This document shows positions 37,451 through 51,150 of a stretch of 64,000 nt of DNA, one piece after another. Under the pieces are notes generated by a model. That model was given only the letters and a program-made list of their open reading frames with translations, made no database searches and was not told where the DNA came from. Both the position numbers and the translations under genes were made by a program. The stretch comes from Lama guanicoe (Eukaryota). The stretch lies in the NCBI GenBank assembly GCA_013239625.1, contig MU056756.1, forward strand, positions 558,001 through 622,000. The letters are read 5' to 3'. The stretch's first letter is position 1. Every line of letters starts with the position of its first letter.

Positions 37451-40400
37451 ACACTCCAGTCACACCAAACTCCTCGTTTCTTAGACGGAGCACTTTAGGA
37501 CCGTCCCTGCCCCCTCCTCACGCGGCAGCTCAGGGTCAGTCCCTCTGTGAGGCAGGGCTTCTGGTCTGAACACTCCTCTGTGAAGGAGCCACTGCTGCCC
37601 CGGGCGACGTCCTGTCCACCAGGGTCCCTGAGCACAGCACTTGCTCCGCGTGGAGTTCGCTGAAAAGACAGTGGTTTTGCTGATTTCACTTTCCTCTCAG
37701 TGCCTGGAGCGCCGCGGGTCCTGTAAAAGTGAATATATGCATATATTTAGCGAAACTTTGACAATCTATTTACGCTTCTAGCCAGAATTTTCTGGGAAAA
37801 GACTCCTTGGATTTCCCTTCCAGTGTGCAAAATAGTAATTCCTTTCCATGGTCCTAAATTTGCTTTTTTCCCCGCATCTCTATAAAGGTCTCCCCGGATT
37901 TCTGAAGTTGATAAACATCTAGCTCTTCCTGGACTTAGAATTTTCTCGTGTCCCCTCCACCATTACCTTCTGAGAAACAGAAGGTTTCGTTTTTCCACGA
38001 CAACCACTGTAACTAACATCTGTAAAATTCATTAGATGTACATTCCTCGAATTTCACATCACTGTTACTGCACCTGATGGTCGTAGAAGTGGAGGTGGGG
38101 GCAGAGCGCGATGCTGGCTGTGGAGAAACACGCCTGAATCTGGCCTCACACGGAGAGTTTTGCATCAGTCAAACCAGCTGTTCGATGTTCCCTCATTTCT
38201 GAGATGAGGAAGAAGACGTACGAGGCGCAGCCGCGTGCCACACGGCCAGCAGGGGCAGCGCCTGGCTGGCTCCAGGAGCTCTTTCTCTCGTTCGCTGTGT
38301 TTGGGTTGGACTTTCAGTGCCTTTGGGGTGTGCTTCTGGATCTGTGTGGACGCGTGTGTTCTGTGTGTGTTCGGTCACTGCGCCACCTGCTCATGTGCGT
38401 TCTTCACTCCTCATCGTATCGTGAGCATCTTTGTGGTGAAATCCTGTAGCCATCGTCTGCACAACTGCACAGCGATTCTGTGTCGTGACTAAATCAGAAC
38501 TTACTCTACACCCTCCTGTTCTCCCCGTTTCACCTTATACTTTGTCAGAATCTAAGGTAACCTCTTTAGAATCCTAACAGTGGAGTAAGTGACGCAAATA
38601 TTCTGAACATTTTTAGAAGAAAAACATCTGTCTAAAACTATACAAATGAGTTGATTTCACCTATATTGTGTATCTGTCAAATCTGACAATGTCTCCCAGA
38701 CCTGCAAAGTGGAACGCCTTTGACCCAGCAACCTCGTGGGCTGGGAGGCGTCTCGGAGGCACGCGCCTGTGCAGACACCCACGTCTCGCAGCGCCGCTTA
38801 CAAGGACAGCGGACCAGCCATGTCCGAACTGTCCCTCCGCTGAAGGCTGACCGAACAGGTCGGGTTTCATCCATCAGGTGGAGGGCGGCTCCACCCACAC
38901 TGGCGTGGGACATTTTTAATTTTATTGATTATAATTTTAATTGTGTTAATTTTACTAGTAGCAATAAAACAATGTTGATTTTAGTCACAACCCTGTTGTC
39001 TAAAACAGTAACAGCAGCAGTCTCCACGTCCAGCCGGGTCGTCTGTGCAAGCCACGGCCGCTTGAGACTGGAAGGCAGTGGTGGGAATTGTGTTCGGGCG
39101 TCCTTCTGCCTGGAGCCACCCTGTTTCCTCTTCCAGTTGCCAAACCAGGCTTCTGTGCGTTTTCAGAATTACCCCAGCGAACAGCAGGCGCCCCCGGCCA
39201 CTGCTCACAGTTCAGCAGCTAATGGGCAGCTGCAGTCTCCACGTGGCCACACTGACTCTGGTCCCCGGGTCAGGGCAGAGCAGGGCTCTGTGGCCACAGA
39301 GAACCGGACGTGAGTCCTGGCTCTGCCCCCAACGAGCTGCGCACCCCTGGGCAACTTAGTCACCTTCTCTGATTCCTCGAGTGTTCGATGTGGCTGGAAA
39401 GGACAGCAGGGGAGTCGTGGGCGCCAGGAGCAGAAGTGTCTGTTCTGTTAGCGTCGCGCCCGGGGCGTGGTGAGTGGAAAATAGATACCAGGACTTAGTG
39501 TGGAGACTTCTATCCGCACAGAGCGAGCCAGCCCCCAGCGAGAGGCTCGGCCGTGGGCAGCCCAGATCACAGTCACGTCTGTAAAGCGCCCTTTTCTCTC
39601 TCGGCTCGCAGGGGCAGTGTCGCAAGTACTCGGCAGTGGTTTGTGTCTTACCCGTGTAGCGCTCACGCCTAAGAAGGGCTGTGTTTTACAGCTTAGTTCT
39701 GGCGTTTTCGGACTGGGGTCCCAAGTCCTTCTGATGCAGCAGGAAAGGGCCAGTCAAGTAGCCGGGCTAACGTCTGTGACGAAAGTAGCCTTTGGTTTTG
39801 CAGACCCTCACACTGAGAGTTTCGTTTTGGCTTTCGTAGTTTCTGTGGGTTTTTTAGGAAGTGCATGCTGCTGGCATTCTCTCGTGCGTTAACTTTGCGT
39901 TAACTTTCGTCACAGTGCTTCCGGGGTTTGCGGAGGCTCGTCGGCAGACAGCCGCAGTGAGGGTTCCGTGTGGGATGCGTGGCCCCTGCTCTGCTCTGAC
40001 GTCCCGCTGCCCTGGGCAGCGTCCTGTCAGCAGACGGGAGTCAGCTCTGGGTGCAGCAGGTGGAGAGGCTGCCTCGGCGTTCCTGGTCAACGCTTAGCGC
40101 CTTCTGTGTGTTCCTGTGCGTGGACGCAGCCGTCAGCCCACGTCCATCAGAGCGCTTCCGCGCTGTCGTCAGCTGCGTCTGGTTCCCGCTGCGCCTGCCT
40201 TCCTTCCCGTGCGATGTGACAGGAGCTTCCCCGTCCTCTAACACTGCGATCCAGCAGAGCCTCTGTCTGCCCCGGCTGAACTGAGCCATCTTACTTGCAT
40301 ACATTTGAAAGGCTGAAGTGCGGTTGAGTTCAAGTAGTGATGCAGAATTCGACCGGACACGGTGCTAACGTAATTGCACCGGTGTGAATGCACATCCCTC

Positions 40401-40547
40401 CCTGTGATTTTACTGGGTCGAGTGCATCTCTGCGTTAATCAAACAAATGCATAATTAATTACAGCAAATGAACTCACACACACCAAACAGTCCCTGGCCC
40501 AGGTCCCATGTCTCGGGTCTAAAATAAGATGTTCTGTGTTGAACCAG

Positions 40548-40633
40548 GTGGAGACAGCCACGGACTCTGACACGGAGAGCCGAGGTCTGCGGGAGTACCA
40601 CTCCATCGGCGTGCAGGTGGAGGACGAGAAGCG
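40548..40633 (+). CDS. DLGAP2: DLGAP2 coding exon (VETATDSD...HSIGVQVEDEK; LC8-binding motif)
   Basis: gaaccag|GTGGAG. Reads VETATDSDTESRGLREYHSIGVQVEDEK(R). Donor CG|GTGAGA, 86 nt, phase 0 to 2. Confidence 0.95.
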
Positions 40634-42151
40634 GTGAGAGTCCAGCCCCTCGAAGTACCCGGCGTCTCCCCAGCACAGCCGTGGGCTAAAAACCCACGGC
40701 AAGTGTCTGGACCGCGCCGGCCATCGGCAGTCGTGCCGCTGGTGGAAGCAGGGCCGTGTGTTTACACTGTGCCATGTCTGCCGTGCGGTACGAGTTAGCA
40801 TCCTTCTGCGCCTTGTTTTTGCCAATGGCGTGGGGACCGTGTTCTCTGAAGTAATTTGCCGCCTATGAGAGCACCGTGGTTGGCAGCTCGGAGGGTCACA
40901 GTCCTTGTTTCTCAGCGTATAATGTTAGAAGTGGAAAGAAAGACAGACAGACAGACAGACCAGGAGGTTGAAAGAAGGGTAAAGCTTAGCTGTGCCGGGA
41001 CGGCCACACTTCAGAAGAGCCCCTCCAACTGCAGAGCACAGGGAGGTCCGCGCCAGGGCGTTGTGTTGTGACAGGAGTGGGTGCTCACTTTATTTTATAT
41101 TTAAAATAGCGCATCTTGTAAATTTCATAAAAACACACTTTGACGAGCGCATTGCATCTGCATCTCCAGTTAGCGTCTGATTGGTGACGCCCCAGCGATT
41201 TGCTCTCAGTGGAAGGCTCAGGACCAACCCCCGAAGATTTTCATTGCACAGGAATCCAGGACACAACCCAGTGGCGTCCCCAGGGCGTGGCCCCCTCAGC
41301 ACCCAGCGTCTCCTGCGCCTGGGGGTCTGGGCTTGCTGCCCGCCGTCCCCGTACCCCCCGGTGCTGGGGCGGGGTGCTCTCGTCTCCTCTGCTCCTGCGA
41401 CGGAGATCGTGACAGGCCCTCTACCAGCTGCACTGACAGCTGGGTGCCAGCCGGGGCCCAGCTGGCGAGGGGCCGGGGGTGCAGACACACACACACACAC
41501 GGTTCCCACCCTGCAAGAACTGGACGCCAATCACAGGCTCATCCCTGCCAGCAGCGCAGTAACTGGCTGTGTGGATGGGTGACTGCTGGTGACGTTCGAA
41601 TACGTGTGATGAGAGTGTGTGTGAGACACCTGCTGAAGCTGGAGTTTGGATGCATTATTCTGCGTAAAAGACGTAATCAGGATGGTAGCATGTTGTTCAG
41701 ACAGGGGAGGAAGCCATGTCCTGAAAGGTGAGTGACAGGTCACCCAGACTCAGAGAGACCAATGCCATTGCGTTAAGGAATGGCATCTGTGAGAGATGCA
41801 CAGTTGTTTTACACACACGCAGCCACAGAAGTACGTGAGCTTGTAGCGCGTTTCTGAGGCGGGTGGTGGTGTCCTGGGCCACGTTAGCCTTCACTGTGTC
41901 CTGCAGTAAACTCCAGCCTCACGTGGGCGTTGTTCCGACACTGACAGGCAGATGGCAGAGGCTGGTTGTCTGCAAAACCAGGTGGCCCTTCACAGGCGAG
42001 ACCACAGAACGCTGGTAACACAGCCGCGTGAGGCATCTCCCCTCGAGCTGGTGGCCGGCGGTTCGGGCGGCTCCTCGCCTGTGTGCTCGGGTTTCGTCCC
42101 GAGAGGGCAGCACGGAGAGGCTCCCATCTGTCTCCCTTCCCTCCTTTGCAG

Positions 42152-42567
42152 ACACGGACGTTTCAAGCGCTCCAACAGCGTGACGGCCGGCGTGCAGGCG
42201 GACCTGGAGCTGGAGGGCTTCCCGGGACACGTCGCCACGGAGGACAAAGGCCTGCAGTTCGGGTCCTCCTTCCAGAGGCACTCGGAGCCCAGCACCCCCA
42301 CCCAGTACGGGGCGGTCCGGACCGTCCGGACCCAGGGGCTCTTCAGTTACCGGGAGGACTACAGGGCCCCGGTGGACGCGGCGAGCCTGCCCCCCGCCGA
42401 CCCCTGGCTGGAGGCTTCCCTCGAGTCGGTGGACAGCGGCCGCATGTCGCCATGCCGCAGGGACGGCTCGTGGTTTCTGAAGCTGCTGCACACGGAGACG
42501 AAGCGGATGGAGGGCTGGTGCAAGGAGATGGAGAGGGAGGCCGAAGAAAACGACCTCTCAGAGGAAA
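42152..42567 (+). CDS. DLGAP2: DLGAP2 coding exon (start of GH1/GKAP homology domain)
   Basis: cctttgcag|ACAC. Reads HGRFKRSNSVTAGVQADLELEGF...LPPADPWLE...CRRDGSWFLKLLHTETKRMEGWCKEMEREAEENDLSEE. Donor A|GTAAGG, 416 nt, phase 2 to 1. Confidence 0.97.
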
Positions 42568-44344
42568 GTAAGGCCCCAGGGCCCCTGTGCCGGGCAGACG
42601 CCAGCGGTGTCTCGGTAGAGCGGGCGCACGACCAGGCCGCCGGACAGGCCCCTTGATCCTCGAGTCCCTTAAGTGAGTGTGTGTCCGGCCACGCCCCACC
42701 AGGTCCAGGAAGGACGGCAGCCGCTCCGCTGTCGCGGGCTCCTCCTGTGCTTTGCTTTGCTTTGCTTTGTTTTGCTGACAGCGGGCTCGGCTGTGGGAAC
42801 AGTGTTCTTGGTGGGATGGGCTGTCTCCTGTTCCGTGTGCCAGTTCTCTTCAGTTCTGGCAATGACTTGACTTGGAGCGTTTCAGCCATTTCCTAGACTC
42901 ACTGCCAACCGTGTTCATAAGACGTTGCTCTGGCTTTATGCCAAAGAGAAGCTGGAGCCCCTGACGGCCGGCCCGTCAGCTGGGCTGGGGTGCTCCCAGC
43001 TCCCGGTCCCCGGGCTGCATGGGGGCCGTGGCTTCCCCACCAAGCTTCCCCTTTATGGCCGGGGGTCTCGGCCCCTCTGGAAAGGCACCACCTCCAGGTC
43101 CCTGGAGAAACTTGCCATCAGGATGGCCCAGAGCAGCGCCCTTTATGAATTGCTGCCGACCGAGACGGCCACGAGGGTGACTGCCGCACACTCAGAGCTA
43201 ACGCTGGTCTTCACCGGTAGTGTCGCAGAGGCAGTTCCGACCGTCTCCCCTGACAGAGCATGCTCTCTTGAGTTGGTTTTTTTTCCCACGAAGCCCTTGG
43301 TGCGTTTGCTGGACCGCTGTGAGCTCTGGAGCTCAGGAGGGCAGCCCGTGTCCTTGGGCATTTCCACATGCCTGCACACGGCTGTGACAGAACGTGCCGC
43401 TGACCCTCGGACAGGAAGCTCAGGGTGAAATGAAAAAGACCGAAACTCACAGAGCGCAGGGGCCCTGGGACCCGGGGAGGCTGAGAAAGTGATCGGTGCA
43501 TCTGTCTTTGGAGGTGGGAACTCAGGGTGTTAATGTGGGAAGAGGAGAGGTGGCCTTTAAGTCCCCAACTCTGCCCCCCGCCTTGTCCTCTTGGTCATCA
43601 GCTGCCACATCTGCGTCACCCGAATTGACATTAGACACTGAGGACCTGGGGTCGTGCAGCCGGGGCAAGGCCTTTGGCTGCGCCCGCATCGCTGTGTGAG
43701 GCCGGCAGGCGGCAGGTGGCAGGAGCAGGCTGCTCACAGTCAGTCCGCGAGCGCCATGTCCGTCCAGGGCATGGCAAGCGGGCACTGCTCACATTCAGAC
43801 CTTTGAAACCCACTTGTCTCCCACAGTGTTTTTTCACCGGTCAGCAGGGCTTCAGGTTGTCAGCACCGCTCGCGTTGCAACAGGGACGTATCGTCCTGAT
43901 CACACGATGAAACACAGCACACCGAGCGCCCCGAGCTGACACGGAAGGTGAACTACACATCCCCTCCCAGGCCGTGCGGCCTGGGGCCGCCAGTCAGGTC
44001 GCGCTCCCTCCGCCCCGTGGCTTCTCACTGAGCTGCCTTTGAAGGGGAGGCTATGGGGAAAGTCCAGCAAGAGCTCGAAGTGTCAGGTCGTGGCCCCACG
44101 GCACGCCACCGGCCTTTTATCCTGCCTTCACTTGAACGTGCGCTGTTCAGGACACGTCCGGAGGTTCCGCTCTCCCGCTGTGTGTGGACGAGGTGGGGGC
44201 ATCGTGCCTGCGGTGTTGGTGACACAGCACAGAGCACAGCCTGCCTTCCGTGATTTTCCATATTTGTTGTGTACCTTTAATTGAGGTTTTATTTTTTCAA
44301 GGATTATTATTTTGTCAAGATTTTTTAAAGAAGTCTCCAAGCCA

Positions 44345-44565
44345 GCACCTACTGGACGCTTGCCCTGTGCCACACGCTGTGCTCAGGGCACTACTTACCC
44401 CTTCGATGGCGCCTCATAATGTGACCCCCAGAAAGTGTTGTCACCATCGTAGGGAAGAAGAGACGGAGGGTCAGAGAGGGTGAAACCTTGCCCCACGTCC
44501 TGCAGAGGTAGCGGTGGAATCAGGGCTCAGAGTCAGAGCTGTCTTTTGCTGAACGCTGTGCTGAC
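44345..44565 (-). mobile_element. MIR SINE remnant
   Basis: gaagagacggagggtcagagagggtgaaaccttgccccacgtc resembles the antisense MIR core. Confidence 0.6.
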
Positions 44566-45769
44566 GTCACTAAGTCAAACGTTCCCTCTCTGGGGACGTT
44601 CTCCCCACGCAGCCCCTCCTCTCGTGCCCTGTGCACTGTCGCCGCGGCTGCTTCGGGAAACGCTGAGGCCCACCCCTGGGGGCCTTCGCTTCACCCTGAC
44701 GCCCGCTTGGGGTTCAGAGCGGAGCCCTCAGAGGAGGAAGGCCTGCCTGGGTGACCACGCCGCCGCCACTGGGAGTTCCGAGGTGCCGAAGCTCTGTCGT
44801 GACAAGTCGTGGTTTTCTCGTCACTGGGGGCGTTCAAGAAAATGCGAGGTGACGCCGTAAATGTGCTGTGCACGAAATTGGATCTGACGATCTGCAACGA
44901 CCCAAACCAGCGAGCTTCCGTTGTCTCAGGACGTAGTGTCTGAATTGCAGGCGCCCTATTGGTCGGCGTCTGGAGAGCACAGTTTTCCTTCTGCGAGGCA
45001 GAGCGGAAAGGGAACTGCTCCTGTCCCTCCCTTGTAGTCCCTAAGCTAGTTTTCAAGGTCCTTTCTGAGCCTCTGGGCTCTTCCTCTGGACTCCTTCTGT
45101 CCCGTAACACCCAGCAGCATTTGCCGAACACGCACCCCGAGCCTTCCTCAGGCTGCTGGCTGCTGCAGGAGGGGACAAGTGAGCGACAGAAGCCGCGGCA
45201 GCGTGCGGCCGGTGAAGGAAGCCCGGGGCAAGGCCACTCACAGCGAGGGAGAGACGTTACCTGTGATGAGAGCGGTGCCGGGAAAAGCCTCCAGCCCCCG
45301 AGGTCTGGGGGAGGCTTTCGAGGAGACCTGAGGGGCTTCGTGGCGGTGCTGGGGTCTGCGCTGGACCTTGGAGGGAGGTGGACTAGGTCCCACAGGCGGG
45401 CGAGGAGGGAGGAGGGAAGGTGAGGGGGAGGAGCGTCGAGGGCCCGGGCAGAGGCAGGGAGCTGGGTGGCGGGCCCACCCGGACCCTCCTTCGGCGTCCT
45501 TCACGCAGCACGGGCCGTGCGCCTGCCGTGGGAGGGGCGGGCTCCGACCTCTCGGCGTCCCCTGGCTCTGTCCTCCTCTGAGCTCCCCGCGGTCACCCTC
45601 GTCAGGCTGGGGGCCCTGCGGTCCCCGCTCCACAGACACCAGCTCGGCGATTCTGACTCCACCTGAGTCTTTCCCAGCGCCGTTTAGTACGTACACGTCA
45701 CTGCGTCTCTGCGCCTCGGGCACAAAGAGCCGAGGACGCAGCTGCTTGCCCCTTTTGTGGCTGCCTTAC

Positions 45770-45869
45770 TTTTTTTTTGGTGGCGGGACTGGAGATTATT
45801 TTAATGGAGGGTCCCCAGGACCTCGCACCTGCTAAGCACACACTCTGCCGCTGAGCTCTGCCCCTCCCC
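45770..45869 (-). mobile_element. Camelid-type tRNA-derived SINE with internal deletion
   Basis: Reverse complement GGGGAGGGGCAGAGCTCAGCGGCAGAGTGTGTGCTTAGCAGGTGCGAGGTCCTGGGGACCCTCCATTAAAA...A9. The B-box segment is missing. Confidence 0.75.
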
Positions 45870-48366
45870 TTAGTTTCTTTCCTAAATTGCCCAGTTTTAT
45901 CTTTTTTGGAGTCAGAGATGACAGAGCAGGCGTTCCGTGTCTCCGCCGTACGCTCGGCGCGTGAACCGGTACCTTGGTATTCGGTTCAGATGTTTCCCTG
46001 GTGGTGTTCGCAAGGGAGGCTGACCTTCAGTTCTAGCCCCAGACTAAAGAGCAGACACAGGGCACCGGCTGCGGCCGTTTTAAGGTGAAGATTAAATTCA
46101 GTGGCTGTTGGAGCAAAACCCTGAGCCGGGAACGTGGGCGCTTCCATTACGGGAGGGGACTTGTCTCCCACGCTGTCATTTTATGAGCACAGGTCACTGA
46201 GTTGGTTGAACGGATTTAGATTCACTCTGCCCTCTGCGGTTGGTGAGCTCAGGGAACGCCGGTGCAAGTCCTGTAAGAGCTTCCTCTTGCTGACACACAA
46301 ACAGGAGGATTCTGGAGCTGGAGGGACGTCGGCCGCCCTAGACGGGTGCTGGGGGTTTACATTAATTTTGTTAAACAAGTGGGTAAGTGACACAAAGTCA
46401 AACCAAAAAAAGTATGTGTTTTCTGAAGTAAAACACATTGTTCCAGAGCCACAAAGAGCTCATCCAAGTTCATCGAAGCATGAGCGCCGTGAGGACTCGG
46501 CAGTGGGGTCTCTGAGAGGAGCTGGGAGGGCCTCTCGCCCCCGACACAGCCCTGCCCACGGAGCTAACGATGCGAGCGCCCTCCGGTCAGGTGGGGGCCT
46601 TGGTGACGCCCTCATCTCAGGGCCTCCTCTGACTGACGAGTGAGTGAGGGCCCCGCTTCAGTCGTATTCACGTAGGAGTTGGGGTGAGAGGTCAGCCTCC
46701 TTCGGTGCAGAGGTGCGGCGGCCTCTGGATGGAGAAGCACCCGGCTCAGCCAGCTGTGCGGTGAAGTGACCCTGAGGATTCGTGGACCACATCAAAACGC
46801 CAGGGACAGGCAGACCCAGCCCACAGGGAGACTGCCCGTGTCTGCACTTCGCCCAGGAGCCTCCCGTCCACAGAGCGGACGCCGTGTTCAAGAACAGACT
46901 CGCGGTCGTTCCGAGCACAGCAGACGCCCTGCGCACAGCGGTGTGACCAGCCATCGGGACTCTGACCTGTCCTGCAGCTCCTGGACGGCCACCGCATCCA
47001 GACCTCCGACGGGACCCACGAGCCAGCCGTGGTGTCGGGCTCCGGCGGCGCGCGTCCAAGGGAGGCCCCACGCGTCCCAGCCGCCCAGTGGCCACGGGAA
47101 AGCCAGAGCGTGAAAAGGAACGCAGCTCAAGAGAAAACGAACGTGATCAGGCTTGAGACCTCGAGGGGCGAGGTTTGTGGAAACAGCCGTTTCCCCCCGG
47201 GCAGCCTGCACCACGGAGTCGGGGAGGCAGTCCCAGGAGGCCCGAGGGGTTGCGTCTCTGCAGACCTCCTGCGGAGTCTCCAGAAACCCTCCTCCAAGTC
47301 TGAAGGAAAAGAGTCGTGCCCGGGTCGGCCTGGCCTGCGTAGCGAATTTACACAGTGCTGGGAACGGCAGCAGATGCGGGAAAGATAAACTGAAGGGGCA
47401 AGAAAGTTAATCAAATGCCTTTGTCCATCAGTGGCAAGGGGTGTCTCAGGTTCTTAGTAAATTTGCTTCTGACGAGCCGGAGTCCTCGTCTGCAGCTCCT
47501 GGAAGGAAGTATCTAAACTCTGACAAAATCAGGGGAGGAGGGTGGAAAAGAATAAACTGAATCTTCCCTTCAAATTCTTTGCGATTATAGGAAGCTGTTT
47601 ACGTTATAGGGATCGGAGAGAATCACGCCCTGCAGTGGCTCCTGCCGCGAGCAGCCACGTCACCAGCTGCACCTGCCATTCATTCTGTGGCGATAATCAG
47701 TTTACTCCCTTGACAACAATGCTCAGCTGCATGAAATCAGCACCACGTGCCACCCACCTACCCACGTTGTGCTGAAGACTGTACACTGAAGAACTGTGTA
47801 TTAATACTTCTGTCGAAGCCCGTTTTAAAAAGAAGATTAAAATTCGAGATTAGAACTTACAGTGGGTAAAACCCAATTGACTTTTCAGTTGCCCTTTGAG
47901 AGCACAGGTTCAGCACAGAGAAGGGCATTGACGAGTCACTTCTGTACCTGCCTGCAGTGACACCTTGATTGAAGTGCGTCTCCTTAAAGGGGAGAGAGCT
48001 GCAGAAACGTGTTCCATTTGGAGATGGAACTGTGAACAAAGGGAGGGGTTTCGGTCCTTCCAGGATGCCTCTGCCCCCACTGCCCCCTCCCCACCTCCCC
48101 CTCCTCTCTGCGTGCTCGCACACCCACCCTCTCCTCCTCCGGGACCCTCCCCTCCCTCCCCACCGCCAGGCTGGCACGCACATCCAGGGAGGTGGTGAGC
48201 AGGACCGGGAGGGCCCCGGGGACGCGAGCCCCCTTGAAGTGGGTTGACAGCAGACACCAGGGCCCAGGGGTCGAGACGTACAACACAACATTCTTTTTCC
48301 CCTGAGTCTGAAAGGATGCCGAGTGTTACCCTGTTAATTCACTTGGATTAAAAGTTGCATATCACA

Positions 48367-48515
48367 GGGGGGAGGGTGTGGCTCAGTGGTAGAACGCATG
48401 CGTAGCAGGCACGCAGTCCTGGGTTCCATCCCCAGCACCTCCATTAAAGATAAGTAAATTTTTTTTTAAATCTAATGATCTTCCCCCAAAATCTTTAATT
48501 TCTGTTTTTAAAAAA
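48367..48515 (+). mobile_element. Camelid-type tRNA-derived SINE (Vic-1-like)
   Basis: GGGGGGAGGGTGTGGCTCAGTGGTAGAACGCATGCGTAGCAGGCACGCAGTCCTGGGTTCCATCCCCAGCACCTCCATTAAA. A box at 48379-48389, B box at 48422-48432, AT-rich tail. Confidence 0.85.
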
Positions 48516-50292
48516 TTGTATATTTTTAACTCCTTAATATTTTAGAGGTGACCCAGAATTAGGTGCTAATGGGGACTCACTCATTTCTCAGAGCTCCAAG
48601 GGCGCGTGGTTGCCCAGGGTGATGGCAGGTGAGGCGCCGGCTGCCCCGTGTTCACAAGGGGGTCAGGAAGCCCAGTGCAGAATGCTGACCCCCAGCGATG
48701 GGGGGACGGTGCTCCTGACACTCCTTGCAAATTCTCTGTGTGTGAAATGTGTCATCATAAAACTGGGGAACAAGACCCTGGGTCCACTGCAGGCGGGTGA
48801 GACCACAGGCAGCCTGAGCAGCCTGACGCGGGAGGAAGCCATGCCGGAGCTGTGTGTGCCGCGCCACCTCCCGGCTCGTGGTCACCTTCTGTCACGTTGG
48901 GACGCCCCCCCTGTCCCCTTCATGGCAGCAGGTCTGTTTCTGGGACGTCAGTTTGAGCACATGGACACCTGGTCACTGTCTGGTCTGTGGCTGTCTGCCA
49001 CTCCCATGCCCTTGGAGGGAGGTCGTGGGCGGGTCCCGGAAGCAGCGTGGCTGGGCTGTCGGGACCCAGAGGCTCTGGTGCGTGCGTGTGACTCCAGCGC
49101 GTGTTGCAGGAGCCACGAGCCGTTGTTTTGGAAGGCGCCCACTGCAGTGACGGGTGTTTGGGGAAATGGGGGAGGATGCTAGCGGAACAGTTTGCTTCTC
49201 TGGACGTGGGCTCGGGCCTGTGGACACGCTCAGGCCGCGGTGGTCCAGTGCAACGCCTCCCCGGGTGCTTGTGAGAAGTCCAGTCTCAGGCCCCACCGCA
49301 GACCCCCTCAGGCGGAACCTGCCCGGAACCAGGCCCCCAGGCGACCCAGGTGCTTATGGATCCAGTCCCTTCGGGCTCCACTCCAGACCAGGCCTCCAGG
49401 ACGCAGACGGGCCGCCCCGGCGTAGACCACCCGTGAGCTCGGGGGTGTCCTGGGAGTGACGCTGAGTGTCTGTCTCTGCCCCGTGACGGACAGCCTGCGA
49501 CTCTCCTCCGGGCGTGGGAGGCAGGCCTGCCCGGCTCTTTGTGGGGGAGCCTGAGGGGGTGGGCCGGACTAGTCAACGGGCCCCGCCTTGGGTTTCAGGG
49601 TGTCCGTGTGGCCAGGTGTTAGCTGTGTCCTGCGAGCAGTCTCGAGGGGGCCCCCAGGGAGAGAGGAAATTGAGCGGGTGGAGTGACCTGCTCTGCCCAC
49701 GCAGGTGGAGGCTGTGACTCGGTGGAATGGCTTCTGAGCTGTCATTGAGGCAAGTGAAGACTCAGAGATAAACGGGCCCTGGGCCGAGTGGCAAGAAAAG
49801 CTTTCCCACAGACTCCCGAGTGCTCTTGAGAGTCACGGGAGCTGGGATCCACCGAAGCCATTCACGCTGGCCAGGGGCCCGGGCAGGGCGATGGGCGTGC
49901 GGGGCACCCGGAGGTGGCAGGTGCGCTTCCCCCCTACTCTGCGCTTTGGTGTCTCCTAGCTCATCGAATGTCAGCACTAAAATCATCTTGACGCCTCAAA
50001 CGAGAACTTCCGCAGCGTAGACAGTTTCCAGGCTGAATGTCCCCAGCACGGCAGTGGCCTGAGAGAAGGCATCTGGTCGTCTTCGACCTCCTTCCGTGCA
50101 CTGGGAACGGGGCAGATGGGAGGAAAACTGAGTCAGTGGCCACGCTCCCCAAAGTAAACTCCCCGTTTCGGCCTCCGGATGGAACGACAGAGCCACGGCC
50201 TCTGCCTGCCGTCTGGGGCCCACCCCTTGTGTGACGCTTTTGCTTTCGTGTTTTGGTGGACCCAGTTTTGAACCTGTGTTTTTTTTAAACAG

Positions 50293-50384
50293 TTCTCGGT
50301 AAAATCAGGAGTGCTGTCGGGAGTGCCCAGCTTCTGATGTCCCAGAAGTTCCAGCAGTTTTATTGGCTTTGCCAGCAGAACATG
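50293..50384 (+). CDS. DLGAP2: DLGAP2 coding exon (GH1 domain)
   Basis: ttttttaaacag|TTCTC. Reads (I)LGKIRSAVGSAQLLMSQKFQQFYWLCQQNM. Donor ATG|GTGAGT, 92 nt, phase 1 to 0. Confidence 0.97.
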
Positions 50385-50889
50385 GTGAGTGGACCCTCAG
50401 ATCCCCTCAGCCCCTTGCAGCCACGCCGAGCGCTCACCCCTCCACCCTCACTGCTCTCCTGCCCGCTAGAGGCACCTGTCCGTGTGCAGCCTGCAGTGGA
50501 CAGAGGGGGCGACCTAGCTTTGGGGACGATCCAAATGTGCAGCCAAAGCCAAGAGGCTGCAGGGTTCGGGGACAAGGGCAGAGGGTGGGCAGGACGACAG
50601 GTCTCCCTGGTGCCATGTGAGGTGCCTTAGCCGCTGGACCATCCCCCGGGGGCCGTGAGAAGGAGGTGCAGTGGAAACCCTGTCCCAGCAGACACGACAC
50701 ATGGAAATGGTGATGGGGGGCAGGAACAGAACCCGTGAACAGCTGCATCACAGAGACTAGGGTGAGATTTTAGAAATACTTCGGGCTTTGTATTTTACTG
50801 TCAGGACTGAACTGAAATACCAGGGACTGAAGTAGGTAATACCACTGGCGTCAGGCCTGGCTCCGATCTTCCTGAAAATCAAAGGGAGA

Positions 50890-51150
50890 GAATATATATG
50901 TTACATAGTATTCTTTATAGATATTCTTTGTATATTATACAATTATGCATGATACATGTATTATATGTAAAGAATAATATACAATATAATAAAAATTACA
51001 TAACGTAACATATTATATCTACTGTTCCATGTACGTATGCTTACATGTACTATGTATTGTGCACGCGTGCGTATACACACACGTGTACATTATGTGTGCG
51101 TGTATTTACATACGTATTGTATCTACGTAAACATGTACATAAATGTCTGT
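50890..51150. repeat. AT-rich (TA/CA) low-complexity tract
   Basis: Directly visible. Confidence 0.75.

Noticed and set aside
44562-44569. Full CRE TGACGTCA (also at 52362-52369)
   Set aside because: One or two hits are expected by chance in 64 kb of CpG-rich DNA; one lies at a MIR edge; no supporting context.
48367-48445. tRNA-like sequence (also at 16901 and 45770)
   Set aside because: Diverged stems and A-rich tails indicate SINE heads, not tRNA genes.
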